A stretch of 64,000 nucleotides of DNA from the NCBI GenBank assembly GCA_013265495.1, contig MU057615.1, positions 186,001-250,000 on the forward strand, read 5' to 3'. The notes beneath the pieces were generated by a model. That model worked only from the letters and a program-made list of their open reading frames with translations. It ran no database searches and was not told the DNA's origin. The position numbers were made by a program, and so were the translations under genes. Positions 1 to 13,837 of the stretch are shown here, in pieces. How positions within the stretch are numbered: the stretch's first letter is position 1; each line of letters starts with the position of its first letter. The DNA comes from Vicugna vicugna (Eukaryota).

Positions 1-444
1 AATCACTGTGTAACATTGCAGAGTATGGACATTTGAGTACAAACTAATTCCTATTATATAATTATTAAGACAGAGATTATAATTGGTCACCATAAATTCA
101 TTGATGACTTCTGAGAATCAGTCCTGGTGCCTAACTGGAGGAGACTGATAGCATAATTAATGGTATAAGTATAAAAAATATTCTTAGACTTTCATTGTTT
201 TAGGACATATAAACTCATAATTACCTAATGATCTATTGATGACTTGACATTGGCTTCTATAATGCATTTAAGCCTTTTTCTCTGCTTTTTCTCCTTATTT
301 CTGCTTTACAACACTAGTAATAAAGATTATAAAGCAAGCTTCCATCTTAACTCAAACTACTATAATTTTGTGTAACTGCAATCTAAATTTACTACTATTA
401 AACAATAAAAAGAGGAATTTAGAATTACTGAGCCATCATTTAAA

Positions 445-3190
445 TTTTTTAAACTTTTTATTTTGAGATTATTATAAAGAAGAAATCACAAAAATTGCAC
501 AGGAAGGCCTAGATTCCCTCTCCCCCATTTCCCCAAAGTTTGGCATCTTACATAACTGTACGACAACAGTGAAACATTGTGAAAACATTGATACTGATAC
601 AATCCACAGAACTTGCTCAGATTGCACCTCTTCTGCATGCCCACACATGCACTCTTGTGTATCTTTTTATGTGTTCTCTGAAGTTTTGTTACCTGTGTGG
701 GTGCCTGTAATCACCACCACAGGGAAGATACATGACTGTTCCATCATGGCAGAGATCTCAGGAGATCTCCTCTTCCTCCAGAGCCACACCCATCCCCTCC
801 CCATCTATAACTTCTGGAAACCACTAATCTATTCTCCAAGAATGTCTTACACATTCATTGAATCATACAAAATGCAGCCTCCGCCGGTTACCTCCTTTTC
901 ACGCGGCATAATATTCTTGAGACTCATCCAACTTGTTAGCATCAGTAGTTTCTTTTTATTCCTGACTAGTATTTCATGGTATGAATGTATCACAGTTTGT
1001 TAAACCATTCACTCATTGAAGGATATTTGGGTTGTTTCCAGTGTTTTTACTATAAGAAAGAAAATTGCTATGAACATTTTTGTATTGGTTTTAATGTCAG
1101 CCTAAATTTTCATTCCTCTCAGATAAAAGCCTGAGAATTCTATTTCTGCATAAAATAGTAAGGATATATTTAGTTTAAAAAATGTTACAGGAAATCACCA
1201 AACTACTTCCCAGAGTAGTTGTACCATTTTACATCCCCACCATCAGTGTATAAGAGATCTGGTTTCTCTGTGTCTTCTGCAGCATTTGGTGTTTGTTTGG
1301 TTGTTTTTCTTTTTAATTTTAGCTATTTTAATAGGTGCATTGACATCTCATCATGGCCTTAATTTGTTTTTCCTTGGTGGTTAATGATGTTGACCATCTT
1401 TTCACCTTACGTTTATCTGCCATGTATATCTCCTCTTCAGTGAAATGTCCGTTAGTATCTTTCGCCCATTTTCTAATTGAATTGTTTTGTACTCTTGAGA
1501 GTTCTTCACATATTCTAGACAGGAGTCCTTTGTCAGATACGTGGTTTGCAAATATTTTCTCTTTCTCTAAGTCTGTAGATTGTCTTTCCAATATCTTAAT
1601 AGGATTTTGTAGAAAAAAAGAGTTTTAAGTTTTGGTAAAGTACAATTTATTGATTTCTTTTTTATGGGTTGTGCTTTTGGTATCATCTATAAGAACTCTC
1701 CATCTTCCTACAGGTCAGGATGATTCTTTCTTATGTTTTCTTCTTATGTTTTGCAGCTTTACATTTTGCTCTTAAATCTATCATCAATTTCTAATTAATT
1801 TTTCTATAAAGTGTGAGATTTTGCTTTAAGCTCATTATTTTCCCCCTATGGATATCCATTGCTCCAGCACCAAAAATTGAAGAGATTATTCTTTAACAAG
1901 TGAATTGCCTTTGCGTTTTTGTACAAAATCCGTGGGTCGCACTTTCTGGGGTTGATTTGTGGGCTCTCTGTTCTGTTCCCCGGATCTGTGTTTCTGTTAT
2001 TCCGCCAGTACGGCATGGTCTTGAGTACTGTAGTTGTGCAGAAAGTCTTAAAATCTGGTAAAGTAATTTCTCCAATTATTCTTTATTTTTAAAAAATGCT
2101 TTATACATCTATCAAGATTAATCAAATTGTAGACCTGAAATATGTGTAGTTTACTATACAGGAATCATATCCAAATAAACATGTTATAAATAAATAAATA
2201 AATAAATATGTTTAAAAAATGCTTTAACTCTTCTTGTTCATTTGCCTTTCCATATACATTTAGAATAAACTTTTCTATAGCTATAGGATTTTGGTAAATA
2301 TTATATTAAGTTGAATGATCAATTTGGAGAGAACCAGCATCTGAACATATTGAAACTTCAGTGCGTGAACGCAGTGTGACTCCCCTTTACTCAAAGCTTC
2401 GAGTTATTTCATCACTGTTTTACAGTTTTCAGTGTACGAGTCCTGTGTAGGCTTGATGAGACTTGTACCTATGTACTTCATGTTTAGTGATTATAAATTG
2501 CAATGTGTTTTCAATTTACACCGCATTTCTGAAATAAAATTTTCTTGACTGCAGTGTATAATTCTTTTTCTGTATTGCTGGACTTGATTTGCTAGTATTT
2601 TGTTGAGGGTTATTGCATTTATGATCATGAAAGATACTGCTATTTTTCCTTTTTTGTGTTTTTGTCTGATTCTGATACTAGATAATACATGATTTGAGAA
2701 ATGTTCTATACACGTCTGTTATATGGAAGAGATTGGGTAAAATTGACCTTAATGCTTTGACTATTTGGTAAGATTTCCCGCTACAACCATATAAACTCGG
2801 AGATTTTTTTTCCTCAGGAATTTTTAAACTGTAAATTCAGTTTCTTTTAATATTTATAAGCCTACTTATGTCATATATTTAAGTTGATTTTTGGTATTTT
2901 GTGCTTTTTGAGGAAATGGCCCATTTGACCTCAGTTGTTGAATTTGTATGTAGAGTTGTTTATAGTAGTTCCTTACTATCATCTTAGTATCTGTAGGATC
3001 TATAATGATATTTACTGTTTCTTTCCTGAGAGTGGTCATTTGAGACCTTCTTTTTTAATGTAAATATTTTGTGCTATAAATTTCCCTCTCTGTAGTGCTT
3101 TAGCCACATCCTGCACACACACACACAGAGATATACATGCATTTTCATTCAGTTGAATGTATATTTGATTTTTCTTGTGACTTCCTCTCT
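445..3190 (-). mobile_element. Old LINE-1 (L1MC/MD-like), 3' UTR and ORF2 3' part
   Basis: T-rich tail at left, typical antisense L1 3' sequence; minus-strand peptide EKIFANHVSDKGLLSRICEEL...KWAKD is the L1 ORF2 C-terminus. Confidence 0.85.
2104..2213 (+). mobile_element. Short 5'-truncated L1 3' end nested in the older L1
   Basis: AATAAA and (TAAA)n tail; 13-bp TSD aaaaaatgcttta at 2091-2103 and 2214-2226. Confidence 0.8.
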
Positions 3191-3199
3191 TATGCATGT

Positions 3200-3430
3200 T
3201 TTATATATTATATATATTTCTATATAATATATATTCCCATATATAGTCATATATAATATATACTCATGTATTTATATATATATGTATCCACATAAAAATA
3301 TATTCATATGCAATATAATCATATATAATATATATGAATATAGAATATGTATTCATATATACCATATTCATTTATTATATATTCACATATAATATATCCG
3401 TGTATTACATATGTTCATATATATATGAGA
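3200..3430. repeat. Degenerate (TA)n low-complexity tract
   Basis: AT-rich tatata-type run. Confidence 0.85.
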
Positions 3431-4354
3431 AAGAGAGAGATCCATTCCCTAAATCTATTCCGTCTTGTTCAGAGCTAGAAGTTCTGATTCAGGTAAAAGT
3501 GCAAACAAAATACACTTTGCATTAAACTTCCATTCACTTATGAGGCATTTCCTAAAACCTCCCACTGAATCAGCCTGATACGTGTGGAGCAGGTACCTCT
3601 TGTGTGTGGGTTGCTATTGTTGTTCTTGTAGAACATACAAAGTCAAATGGAGCAGACGCTCCTCCCAAGCCTGTGGCTGGTGATGGTTCCGCCTGGTTGA
3701 AGCCCCTGACGTTGGGCCCATTTTCTTTCTTGGGTGCTGGCCGCTTTATCTGTTCTGCTTCCCATTTGGAAACGTTTAATATAGGGACATGCTCCTTGAG
3801 GTTGTGCCTTGAGGGACGGAGACAAAGGCAAGACTGCTCACTGTGAGGGGAAAGTAGTGAGAGAAGAGAAGGTAGCTGTGCTTTTCGAAATCTGCTCTTC
3901 CCAGTCCTTAGAAGAATCTGGTAGAAATGACCTTAGATAGAAATGGTGCATTTTGTATTTTCAGCTTTTGAAAAAATAGACAAGAAAAATCAATAATTCA
4001 AAGAGCCCAGGGAGCTCAAGAGCTTTTAGACAAGATCTTTCTAAATGACCACTCCTGTGTGTAAAACCCCACATTAAGTAACTGACATATTATAAGAAAT
4101 TCCAAGAGCAAACATGCTGTGATGTGTTTTAGTCAGTGGATCAAGTGTTCATATGAGAGAGAGTTCTTCCTTTTGAGGCTGATCTTCACTGCCACTCTGC
4201 CACTGTCTTAATTCCATCTCTTATCTTTTTCCTGGGTAAATAGCTCCTGGCCTGAGAGCTGCTTTGCTTTCTCCCCATGGATCATTCCTCACTGTCATTC
4301 TGGAACTCGGCCTGTTTGTCAGCTAAATGATCAATGGTTCCATGATACAGAACT

Positions 4355-4700
4355 CCATTGCATTGTATTCTGCTCTTGTTGGGACGAGTGTCCTAGAAAT
4401 GTCAACTGCATCTTCTTGGCTGATGATATTGCTCAGTTATGTGAGATCATTACCTTTCTGTCTTTAGATCTATCAGTTTTTGAGGATAGGGTGGTGAAGC
4501 CCCCAACCATAATTGTTGATCGTTTTCTAATTATTTATCAGTCCTTTTAGTTTTGGGTATTTTTGCAGTTCTGTTGTTTATTGCATGTGTATTTAGGATC
4601 ACTGTCTTTTGGTGGGTTGATCTTTTTTAATTATTATGTAATATCCTTCTTTGTTCCTGATAATTACCTTTGCTCTGAAATCTGTTTTATGCGTTATTAA
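4355..4700 (-). mobile_element. L1 ORF2 endonuclease-region fragment
   Basis: Minus-strand peptide KTDFRAKVIIRNKEGYYIIIK resembles the L1 endonuclease (DKEGHYIMIKG). Confidence 0.75.
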
Positions 4701-7120
4701 GGAATGATTCTCTCTAGATCTCTCTGATTCACTGGGATGAGCAGCTCTGATTCTCCACCCTTCAGGAAGATGTGGCTCTGTCCTGCACTCAGAGAGGCCC
4801 CAGGGCTGCATGCGTGTCAGTTGCCACAGTTAGTGTGTTGACCCAAGGCGAGGAGGGAGGAGGAAGAGAAAGCTGATGTCACAGGATGATTGAGAGCCCT
4901 TGGTACTTTTACCCACAAGGTTTCTTCACCCAAGAAAGAGCCAGTACAGGGGAGGGGATCCTGCAGACAGCTGGAAATCTCAGTGGAGCTGGACAAAAGG
5001 GAGAAAGAGACATTTTTCTTGGTGACAATAATTTAAATCCTGGCCTGAGGAAATATGGGCTAAGTGAGCAATAAAGTAATTCACATGTTGGTTTTTTCCT
5101 CTTTGCTTTATACACAGTCATCTTCCTTGAGGGCTCTATGGCATCTCTGGTAGTTTTATTAAAAAGAAAAATCTAAAAACTTTGATGTAAAACCATGGGT
5201 AAATTGATTTTATCAACTTGACCAATAAGTAAACAAACATATAATATAAAACAGGAACTCAAGCTTGACTTGTAAATATGATGATTTAATTTAATAAAAT
5301 GCATATTTTGTGTCATTTATTCATTGCACTTTTTGTTTTCGTAGCCATACTTGAAGTAGAATTCATTCAGTGTTTAATGGATGAAAGGCTAATGAATTCG
5401 TGTTGCCTTCAGGAAAATCACCATAAATTCATCATAAGCTATATTCTGTGTTATATACTGTTACTACTAAAAGTAATAAAATGAGTGAATGTCACCTCAT
5501 AGACAGCTGATTATCCTGGGAATAATCAGTTAGAGATTGGTAGGCCTGGAAAGAGCTTTTGAGATTGACTCCTTACACCCTTGACTTTATAGAGGTGGGA
5601 CTGGCGCCCAGAGAGGAGAGCTGACCGAGAAGCAGTGAACGGACCAGGGTTTCTTAGCCCTGCAAAGTGTCTCTTAAGAAAAACACAGGGAGAAACTTTG
5701 TTTCCTTTTATTTTATTTTTGTTGTCTCTTTAAAGTAGTATTTTTAAGAATGTGATGTAGTTGACCACTCTGTAGACTGAAATACTGTGATAAATGAATT
5801 GATAGAAAAAAACTGAATTCTAAAAGAGTACATTGAAAAAAGTTATTAGGAGGATAAAAGAGTTAAGTTCCCCCCCCATGCAAAATTTAAAAAAAAATTA
5901 CCATCAACAAGAGGTAAATAAATGATAAACTTTAAACAAGAGAAATGATTTTTTAATAGCACTTTTAAGGGCTTTGTGGTCAGGAGTTTGACTTTTACTA
6001 TTGAAGCTGAAATTTGAAGGATAATAGATTAGGTTGCACACAGTCTATCAATAAAGAGCTTTTGAGTTGTTCTGCCAGTAAGTTAACACAAAGGGAGTTC
6101 ATGTAAAGAAGTTCATACTATTGAATGAGTAGATCTCTTGAATTTGAGAATACAAATAACTTCTTTCTGCAAGTAACAGGCAACATTTTAATTCTACCTC
6201 TGGAATACACAAGTCACCCCTCCCGGGAGATTTATTATATTAAGAACGGAATGAAAGTCTTTGTAATGTGCACAGGAATTGTTTGCCAAAAATGTGTTTA
6301 ATATGTTACCAGTAAAAATAGAATTACTGAGTCACCACAATGAGACAGAAAGCTTTGGTCAGCAAGAAAGTCATGCCCGGGTCAAAGGTATGTTTGAATA
6401 TCCAAACCTTTAAGCACGGTTTTGGGGTTATGGCAATGACAAGAGAAGGGAGAAAGTTTGTGAAGCTGGTGCAGGCAGCAGTGACTAAGACAGTAAGGGA
6501 CAGGCTTAGAGTAAGGACTTTACCTTACCTTTTAATAGATTTGAGCCCACAATACATATTACAGAAGTCTCAGTCACCTGGGATGCTACAAAAGCACCTT
6601 AGTTGTTTTCAGCCCAGAGAATTTATACGTTAGCAGGTGAGCTACAAATGGAAATGTTTAGATATCTCACTCTTTACTGAACATCAGGTTCCATTTAAAT
6701 GTGAACAAATATGGGCTTTCACGTGCCTTTGAGTAACATTTAAAATTATTTACTCTCTCCTGTGAAATCATTTATCATTGTTTCCTCTCTTTTGAAACAA
6801 TCTGCCATCGTAAATATTTTGGTTTGGTAAACAGACATCACAACTTTTTAATTTACTTCCTTCTGAAATTCAACATCAGTGACCTTAATGAAAATTCCCC
6901 AATCGGATCCTCATTTAATTAGATTTTTAGGATCATGAGGAGCAGCTGTTCAAAGTTAATAACTTCTCCATCATTTAACAAATGTTACCTTCATCAGCAG
7001 ACTTTGGCCATCACCCCATACTTACTGTATTTTGTAGATTAACAACAGGATTTTTTTTTAAATGCTGACCTTTCCTCAGCGACATTAAGAATATTTAAAA
7101 GGCTTCAAGTTAAACAATGA

Positions 7121-7340
7121 CTTTTTTTTTAAAAACATAGTCATTTTGCAATGTTGTGTCCTTTTCTGGTGCACAGCATCATGGCCCAGTCATACATATA
7201 CACACATACATTCCTTTTCATATTCTTTTTCATCACAGCAATATTTCAACATACAAGATATTAAATATAGTTCCTACACTATGCAGTATATAACCTTCTT
7301 GTTTATCTAATATATAGTAGTATGTATCTACAAATTTTGA
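7121..7340 (-). mobile_element. Young lineage-specific L1 3' end
   Basis: Poly-T, then ...tttctggtgcacagc...catattctttttcat...aagatattaaatatagttcc, shared with copies at 25.4, 29.4, 48.5 and 61 kb; partial TSD taaacaat. Confidence 0.8.
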
Positions 7341-7889
7341 TAAACAATATTTTTAATGCAAAGAATGAAAGATGAGTTGGCTTTGGTATGAGTCTCACTT
7401 CTTTATATGTCTTCATCTTTTTACAGACTTGAAAAGCACAATTTTTTTTTCATATAAATTCTTCCTCTTTCCAAGTAGTTTTTCAAAAACAGGAGGAAGG
7501 TCAAGCTATGAAATAAACAACAGAACAATAAAATATTAATGAAGCGGACTACTAAAAGAACACCCTTTTTCCATGTCTTTTTGTGAGCTTGGTCTTGAAT
7601 GATGTCTAGGTATGTGTGTGTGTATGTAATCTCTATAACATTTTCTGTCACGTGGACCTGAAATGCTGCTGATAAGAAATGCATTTCTTCCATATCCATG
7701 AAAGTCACTATCCTGTGTGTTTGTTTTCAATGATCCTCTGAATCAAAGGCTCTTTACTTAGGTTTTTAATTTGGTTAATTATAAAAATTTTATATTCTTC
7801 TTGGAAAGATCTCTTTAAAATAAATTTTAAGTCAACCGCTGTAAGCAACTTTAAGTTGTTAATAGAGGTGAGAGAGTGTTTATTGTTTA

Positions 7890-8730
7890 ATTTAGATTTT
7901 CTTTAAACAAAAAGACATACAATACTTGTGATTAAAATCACCTTTGTTGTCCTTTTGCTTTCTGTTCACACAGTTCTGCCCAAAATGAATCACTCTCGTA
8001 AATTTTGTGTGTATTCTTCCAATCACTGTATTTCTACTTCCATGAATCAGCTCTGTTATCTATAAAGTCTATAGTGCTGCTTGGTGTGTCTTCACATTTA
8101 CACAGATTGCATGTGAGTCCATGAGGTGTCCTAACTTACAACTCAACATCATGTTTTTGAAAGCTGGCTGTGTTGACATGTAGAGATCTTTTTCATTGAT
8201 TTGGCTGCTGTTCCATGTTCTGTTTGCTGGAATCACAGTTCCATTATGTAGTTTTGAACTTTCCATTTTGGGGATTAAAATAATGCAGCAGTGACCAATC
8301 TCATCCATGTTTTCTGTTCTCGTGTCTGAGATATTTTCTAGAAAATTCACATCCAACTTGTATACTGAAGGATTATTAATCAGAAAACACAAAGACCTCC
8401 TGTAAATCAACTAGGGAAACGAACAGACAACACAGTAGAAAAATACAAGGTATGGATGGGAAATTTGGAGAAGAGGTAACTTGACTCAGCAATTACCAAT
8501 TTACAAAATAAGCAAACAAAAAACAAAAAGAAGAAAAGAAACCCATTAGTAAATGGGAATATTGGAAGGTAAACAGTTGGAATAATATTTGCACTCAGAG
8601 TGCAAATCTTAAAGAGTATGACAACACCAAATATTGGCGACGCACAAAAATAGGACTCCTGTACTTTCCTGAAGGAAGTTAAAATCAGCAACTTACTCTG
8701 GAGAATAATTTGGTGGTAGTTAATAATTTT
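7890..8730. mobile_element. Old L1ME-like fragments (antisense to ~8360, sense to ~8730)
   Basis: Degenerate L1 3' motifs (ctcaacatcatgtttttga; aaggattattaatcagaaaacacaaagacctcct). Confidence 0.55.
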
Positions 8731-8799
8731 TGAAAGAACTAATTTTTACACTTTTACACATTTGTAATTATACCTCTTATTTAAGAGATTTTCTCTTAT

Positions 8800-9900
8800 G
8801 AATGAATATTAATATTTACTGTGAATGAAGGAAGGTTTTTCTTCAATTATTGACTATTACTCAATCCTAAACTTTTCTCCTTTATAATGTAATTTTTTGA
8901 TTTTGAGCCAGCCTCGTGTTCCTGGCATGACATCTATTTATTCAAGCTGAATTGTTGCTCTTACACAGTTAGTCTTGACAGAAGTGTTCTATTTAGAATT
9001 TTTGTATCTTTATTTAGGGTTGACAGAATAAGGCCCCCCCAAAGAAGTCCCCATTGGAATCCCCAGAGTGTGTTTACATAACAAAGGGGGCATTATAGCT
9101 GTAATTCAGTTAAGAGTCTTGAGATGGCAAGAGTACCCTGGTGTGTCCTGCGGCCAGTCTTACCACAAGTGTTCTCACAAGAGGGGAGCAGAGCAGCAGA
9201 GTCAGAGGAGGAGACATGATAAAGAAGCTGTGGTCAAACCAGACAAGGGCCAAGGAACGCTGAAGCTTCCAGGTACTGGAAAAAGCAGGGAAGATTCTCC
9301 CTTAGAGCCTTCACAAAGGGGTGCAGCCCTGCCAACCCATTTTAGATTTCTAGCCACTTGAACTGTAAGATCTGTAGTTTGTACCACTGCGTTCATCATA
9401 ACTTGCTATGCCCGCAATAAGAAACTGGGAAAATATCTTCGATCGTAAGTGGCATTTTTCTTGCATTTGCTTTGTTGCTAATGTTGTATTTGCTTCATAA
9501 AACCAAGTAAATGCCTTCCTGAGTATTTTTTTTTAATTCTCTGAATTAGTTTGAAAGGTATAGAAATCACCTACTCTTTCAAAATTTGGTAAAGACTGTC
9601 TTTGAAACTACCTGGACCATGTATGGTTTTTGTTTGGGTGAGGACTGGGGGAAGACGTGGGCCGACGCTTACGACAATCTCAGTGCCCTATTTGCCAATG
9701 GTGGCTTCAGGTTTTCAGTTTATTCTTAGGTCAATTTTGATAACTGAAAATTTTACAGAGAATTTTCTATTTCATCTAAAATTTTAATTTACTCACACTA
9801 GGTTGTTGTACTCTTTTGTTATTTTTAAACCATAGAATACACTTTCATTTCTAATTTTTGTGTTTGCTCTTTTTTTTAAAATCAGCCCTCTTGAAGTTAT
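8800..9900 (-). mobile_element. Old L1 ORF2 fragment interrupted by an MLT1 LTR
   Basis: Antisense ORF2-like stretches (ttgagccagcctcgtgttcctgg; tttgaaactacctggacc). Confidence 0.55.
9021..9427 (+). mobile_element. MaLR solo LTR (MLT1D-like)
   Basis: cagaataaggccccccc...gttaagagtcttgagatgg...gattctcccttagagcct...gaactgtaaga, typical MLT1 motifs. Confidence 0.8.
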
Positions 9901-9952
9901 TTCAGTTTTATTCAGGCTCTGCTTTAATCTTTGTCATGCCCCCTTTTCTCTC

Positions 9953-10650
9953 GCTTTATTCAGATATAATTTACACACAGTAAACTTCGTTAATGTGTAG
10001 TATTCAGCTTATTCATATTTAGCATTGTACACAGTCACCAAACAGGATACTGAACATTTTTATAACCTCAGAAGTTTCCTAGTGCTTCTCTGCAGTCCAT
10101 CTTCTCCACTGATCCCTTGCCCCAAACTGTCACTGATGTGCTTTTTGTCACAATATTTTTGCCTGGCCCAGAATTTTATAGACGTGGGATGATACCATAA
10201 GTACGTGTGTATACTTGACAGCTTTTACTTTCTCATGTTTTTAAGATTCATCCATGTCGTTGTGTATGTCAGTGGTTCATTTCTTTCTAGGTCTGATTAA
10301 CGTTCTGCAGCATAGACACACTACAGTCTGTTTATCCAGTCACCACTTGGTGTACATTTGGGTTGTTTCCACTATTCGGATATTTTGAATAATGCCACTC
10401 TGAACATATACATACAAGTCTTCATGTAGGCATATGTTTTCATTTCTTTTGGGTTAATTCCATGGAATAAGCCTGCTGGGTTTGGGTGGTACGTGCGTGC
10501 CTAAATTTGTAAGATCCTGGTAAGTTATTTTTCAGTGTCTGTAGCATTTTGTATTCTTACCAGCAATGGAGGAAGTTTCTAGGTTCTGTACATTTTCAGC
10601 AAGACTTGCTCTTGTCAGTCTTGTTAATTGTAGCCATTCTTGCAAGTAGA
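9953..10650 (-). mobile_element. Old L1 3' UTR
   Basis: ctttattcagatataatttacacacagtaaa...gattcatccatgtcgttgtgt...catttgggttgtttccac. Confidence 0.75.
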
Positions 10651-10689
10651 ATGATTTTCTTCTTCCGCAATAGTGACTTTGAACATGAT

Positions 10690-11790
10690 TGATAAGGATT
10701 GAATTTTGCCTCACAGTTTTATTGTTTCCTTGTTATGCCTTCTGATTTTTCTTCCTTTGTTCCTCCTTTCTTTTTTACATTTTTGAGGATTATTTTAATA
10801 TTATTAGACTACAAATTTATTTTTAAAATTGTTTCATTATGGTGTTTTGAAATATATTTGAGTGTTTGTTCTAGAAATTAAAAAGACATCCTTAAGCTTT
10901 CACAGTCTATTCATAATTAATGTTACATTACTTCACACAAAATATAGACATCTTAAAATTGTGAGTCTGTTTACCCCTCTCCCACACACTCTACACCATA
11001 GTTGTTATATGCATGTGTACTATATATATGTATATATGTACATACAAAGGGAAGGTGTAATTTTTGCCCAAAACTGTCATATATTTTATAAAGGAATTAA
11101 GAGGAAAAATGCAAAACATCAATATTTTTGTTTACCCAGATAAATAAAATTTCTGAACCTCTTCCAAGTTTTCATATAATATCATTTCCCTTGAGCCTGA
11201 AGAACCTCTATTACCACTTCTTGTAGTGCCAGTCTTTTGGCAATGAACTTTTTTAGGTTTCTTTGTCTGAAATATCTTTACTTTACATTAATTTTGAAGG
11301 ACTTTTTTCTTACGTAGAATTCTTAGTTAATAGTTATCCTTCAGCCCTTGAAAGACGTTCCACTGCGCTCTTGCTGCCATAGTTTTGAAGTGAAATCAGC
11401 CTGCAGTGAAATCATCCACCTGATGTAACACGTCTTTTATTTCTTACTGTGCTCCGGGTTTTTTCTTTATATGTAGCTTTCACCAGCTTGATTCTGAGGC
11501 ACCTAGACAGGACCTTCTTGCATCTGCCGTGCTTGGAGTTCCCTGTGGGTCTTCAGTGTACACTTCTTTCTTTTGTCCGGTTTGGCTGTTTGAGGATAAT
11601 TTCTTCACGTATTTTCCTGCCCATTATACCTCTCTCCTATTTTTTTTTCATGGGACTCAAACTACACAGATGTAGGAAGCCAACAAGTCCCTAAGTCTTT
11701 GTGCATTTTTATTTACTTATTCGTAGTTCAATTTGGATAACCTATTTTTGAGTATTGTTACTTTCCTCTGTCATTTGTATGATTCCATAT
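10690..11790 (-). mobile_element. Old L1 ORF1/inter-ORF fragment
   Basis: tcatttcccttgagcctgaagaacct...ttcagcccttgaaagacgttccactg...gaaatcagc. Confidence 0.6.
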
Positions 11791-12065
11791 TGAATGAAAA
11801 ATACGAAAAAAAAATCTAACTATACTGTAAACATACGAAACCAGAGGGGCAGGGGAAAACCTACTGACCTAACTTCCTAAATGATTGGAGTTTGTAGGAC
11901 TAAAGACAAAAACCAAAATCGGTTGTTGTTGAACTTTGTAATGAATTCTAGGTGCCCCGATAACAGCAGAGGTTCCGTTTTCTTATAGCACTTTTCTCAG
12001 TAACTATAGAAAGAATGATATTCACAGAGAATTTCATACATATTTCAGAAATATTTTAAAAAGGA

Positions 12066-12195
12066 GGGGGAGGGCATAGCTCAGTGATAGAGTGCATGCC
12101 TAGCACGCACAAGCTCTTGGGTTCAACCCCCAGTACCTCCATTTAAAAAAATTAATAAATAAACCTGATTACCTTCCCCCACCCCCAGAAAAGAG
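12066..12195 (+). mobile_element. tRNA-derived SINE, Vic-1-like (camelid)
   Basis: ggggagggcatagctcagtgatagagtgcatgcctagcacgcacaag...gggttcaacccccagtacctcca with Pol III A/B boxes, then A-rich tail and aaacctgattaccttccccc. Confidence 0.8.
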
Positions 12196-13837
12196 AGATA
12201 CATGCACATTTATGTGTGTGTGCACGTGTGCATACTGCATTCGTTGCCTAGATGCTTGTGCTAAAATTCCCAGGATTTTTGGCGACCTTCTATAACTTAT
12301 TCTGATTATTGTAAAGTTAGACATAACCAAACTTATGAAAGTAGATCCCTGGTTAATGACTTTGGATTCCAGGATAAGAATGATTTTGCAAGTAACTTTA
12401 GACATCACTTATATTTGTAGGAAGTTACGTTAACTTTATTGTAGGTATTTATGAATCTTAATGCTTTGCATGTTAATATTTCGGCAATGCCTGGATGACC
12501 CAATAGCTTAATCTTGGCTTTTGTGTTCAGTATCAGTCATTAGAATCATTTCGTTCTTTGATCTCTACTGTGTAATTGAATCCTAGTGAAATCAATCAAC
12601 ATGGCAGCACAGGGACTTATTTTAAATCACCAATTTTCATTTAACTACAAGATAAAAAGAAAAAAACTGAGTTACGCAGTTCATTCCAGAAGTCTTTTAG
12701 TTCATGAGAACATTCTACAGAAAAATGAACAGTGTGTCCTTTTGTAGTATTCCAAATTTGGTCAAAATAATTGAACTCTTTTAAAGGTGAATTGAAGAAC
12801 AAACAAATACATGTTTGAGAGGCAGAGCTGAAACTGTGACCTCAGTTCTGTTGCACGCATTTGGATTCATGCACTACAGGACAGCCCTCCGTTAGAGGAG
12901 AACCCGCACTCTTCCTTTGCATTGTCCCCTTTATGTGTGTGAGACAGAGATAGGTATGGGGGTGCCTCCTTGTGTACCTGACACTTCAGATGTCTGTGAG
13001 GTATTTGCACACTGATATTAGAACAGGTTATCTGACCCTAATTGTTTCCTAGATAATAATCCGTGTCAATTAGCTGGATTAGGGCTGTGTCCTGGTGTGC
13101 AGAGATGGGAGAGAAGCAGCCATGTGCAAATCAGCTTTCAGCAAGCTGTTGCTATAGCTACCAGGATGCAGACTATTTCTAAAACAGCAGCAAACAAGTG
13201 CTTTCAGACAAAGGACAAAGGGGAAAGAAATTGGGCTATTTCCATAGCAACAGAGAGATCTACTGATGTGGGTAGATTATGCTTTTCTCTACCTAATAAT
13301 ATTGATGTTAGTCATTAATAATTTTATGGAAGTAGAAATATAGAAAACTCTGATCTTGAACTAATGGCTTAAAGCATAAGGCATGGAAATTGCATTCACT
13401 GAAAATGTCACTAAGGTCCAGGGGGTGATGCTGTGAATTTGGACGACTGACACTTACTGAAATGAAGGGATTACTGACTGCTCCTATTGTTGCCATTTTT
13501 TTTCACTGCAAAATTCAGAGAAAATTCCCTTAATCTATTTGTACTAAAGACTGTGTCGGAGGGTAGGTGCCAGATATAGAATAAGCAGACATTAGAGAAG
13601 TGATGTAAATGAAATTAGATTTAGAATGTGTGAAGGGAATCTGAAAAGAATTGCAGCATTACATAACAAAGATCTTATGAAAAAGAGGAAAACATAATTG
13701 ATGCAGCAAGCAGAGTGCTCACCGGGAACAAATGCTGGAGGGAAAGGAGAGAGACGAGCAATCAGACAGTAAGACTGGAGAGCTGGAAGGCACCTTAGGG
13801 TTATGCATGCTCAATTTGCAAATAAAGTGTTAAAAGG

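Noticed and set aside
569..1003. 144-aa + strand ORF
   Set aside because: Lies within an antisense L1 3' UTR, starts at GTG, and has no recognisable domain.
12066..12145. tRNA-like sequence (also 56670-56747)
   Set aside because: Has a SINE tail and degenerate stems; a SINE, not a tRNA gene.
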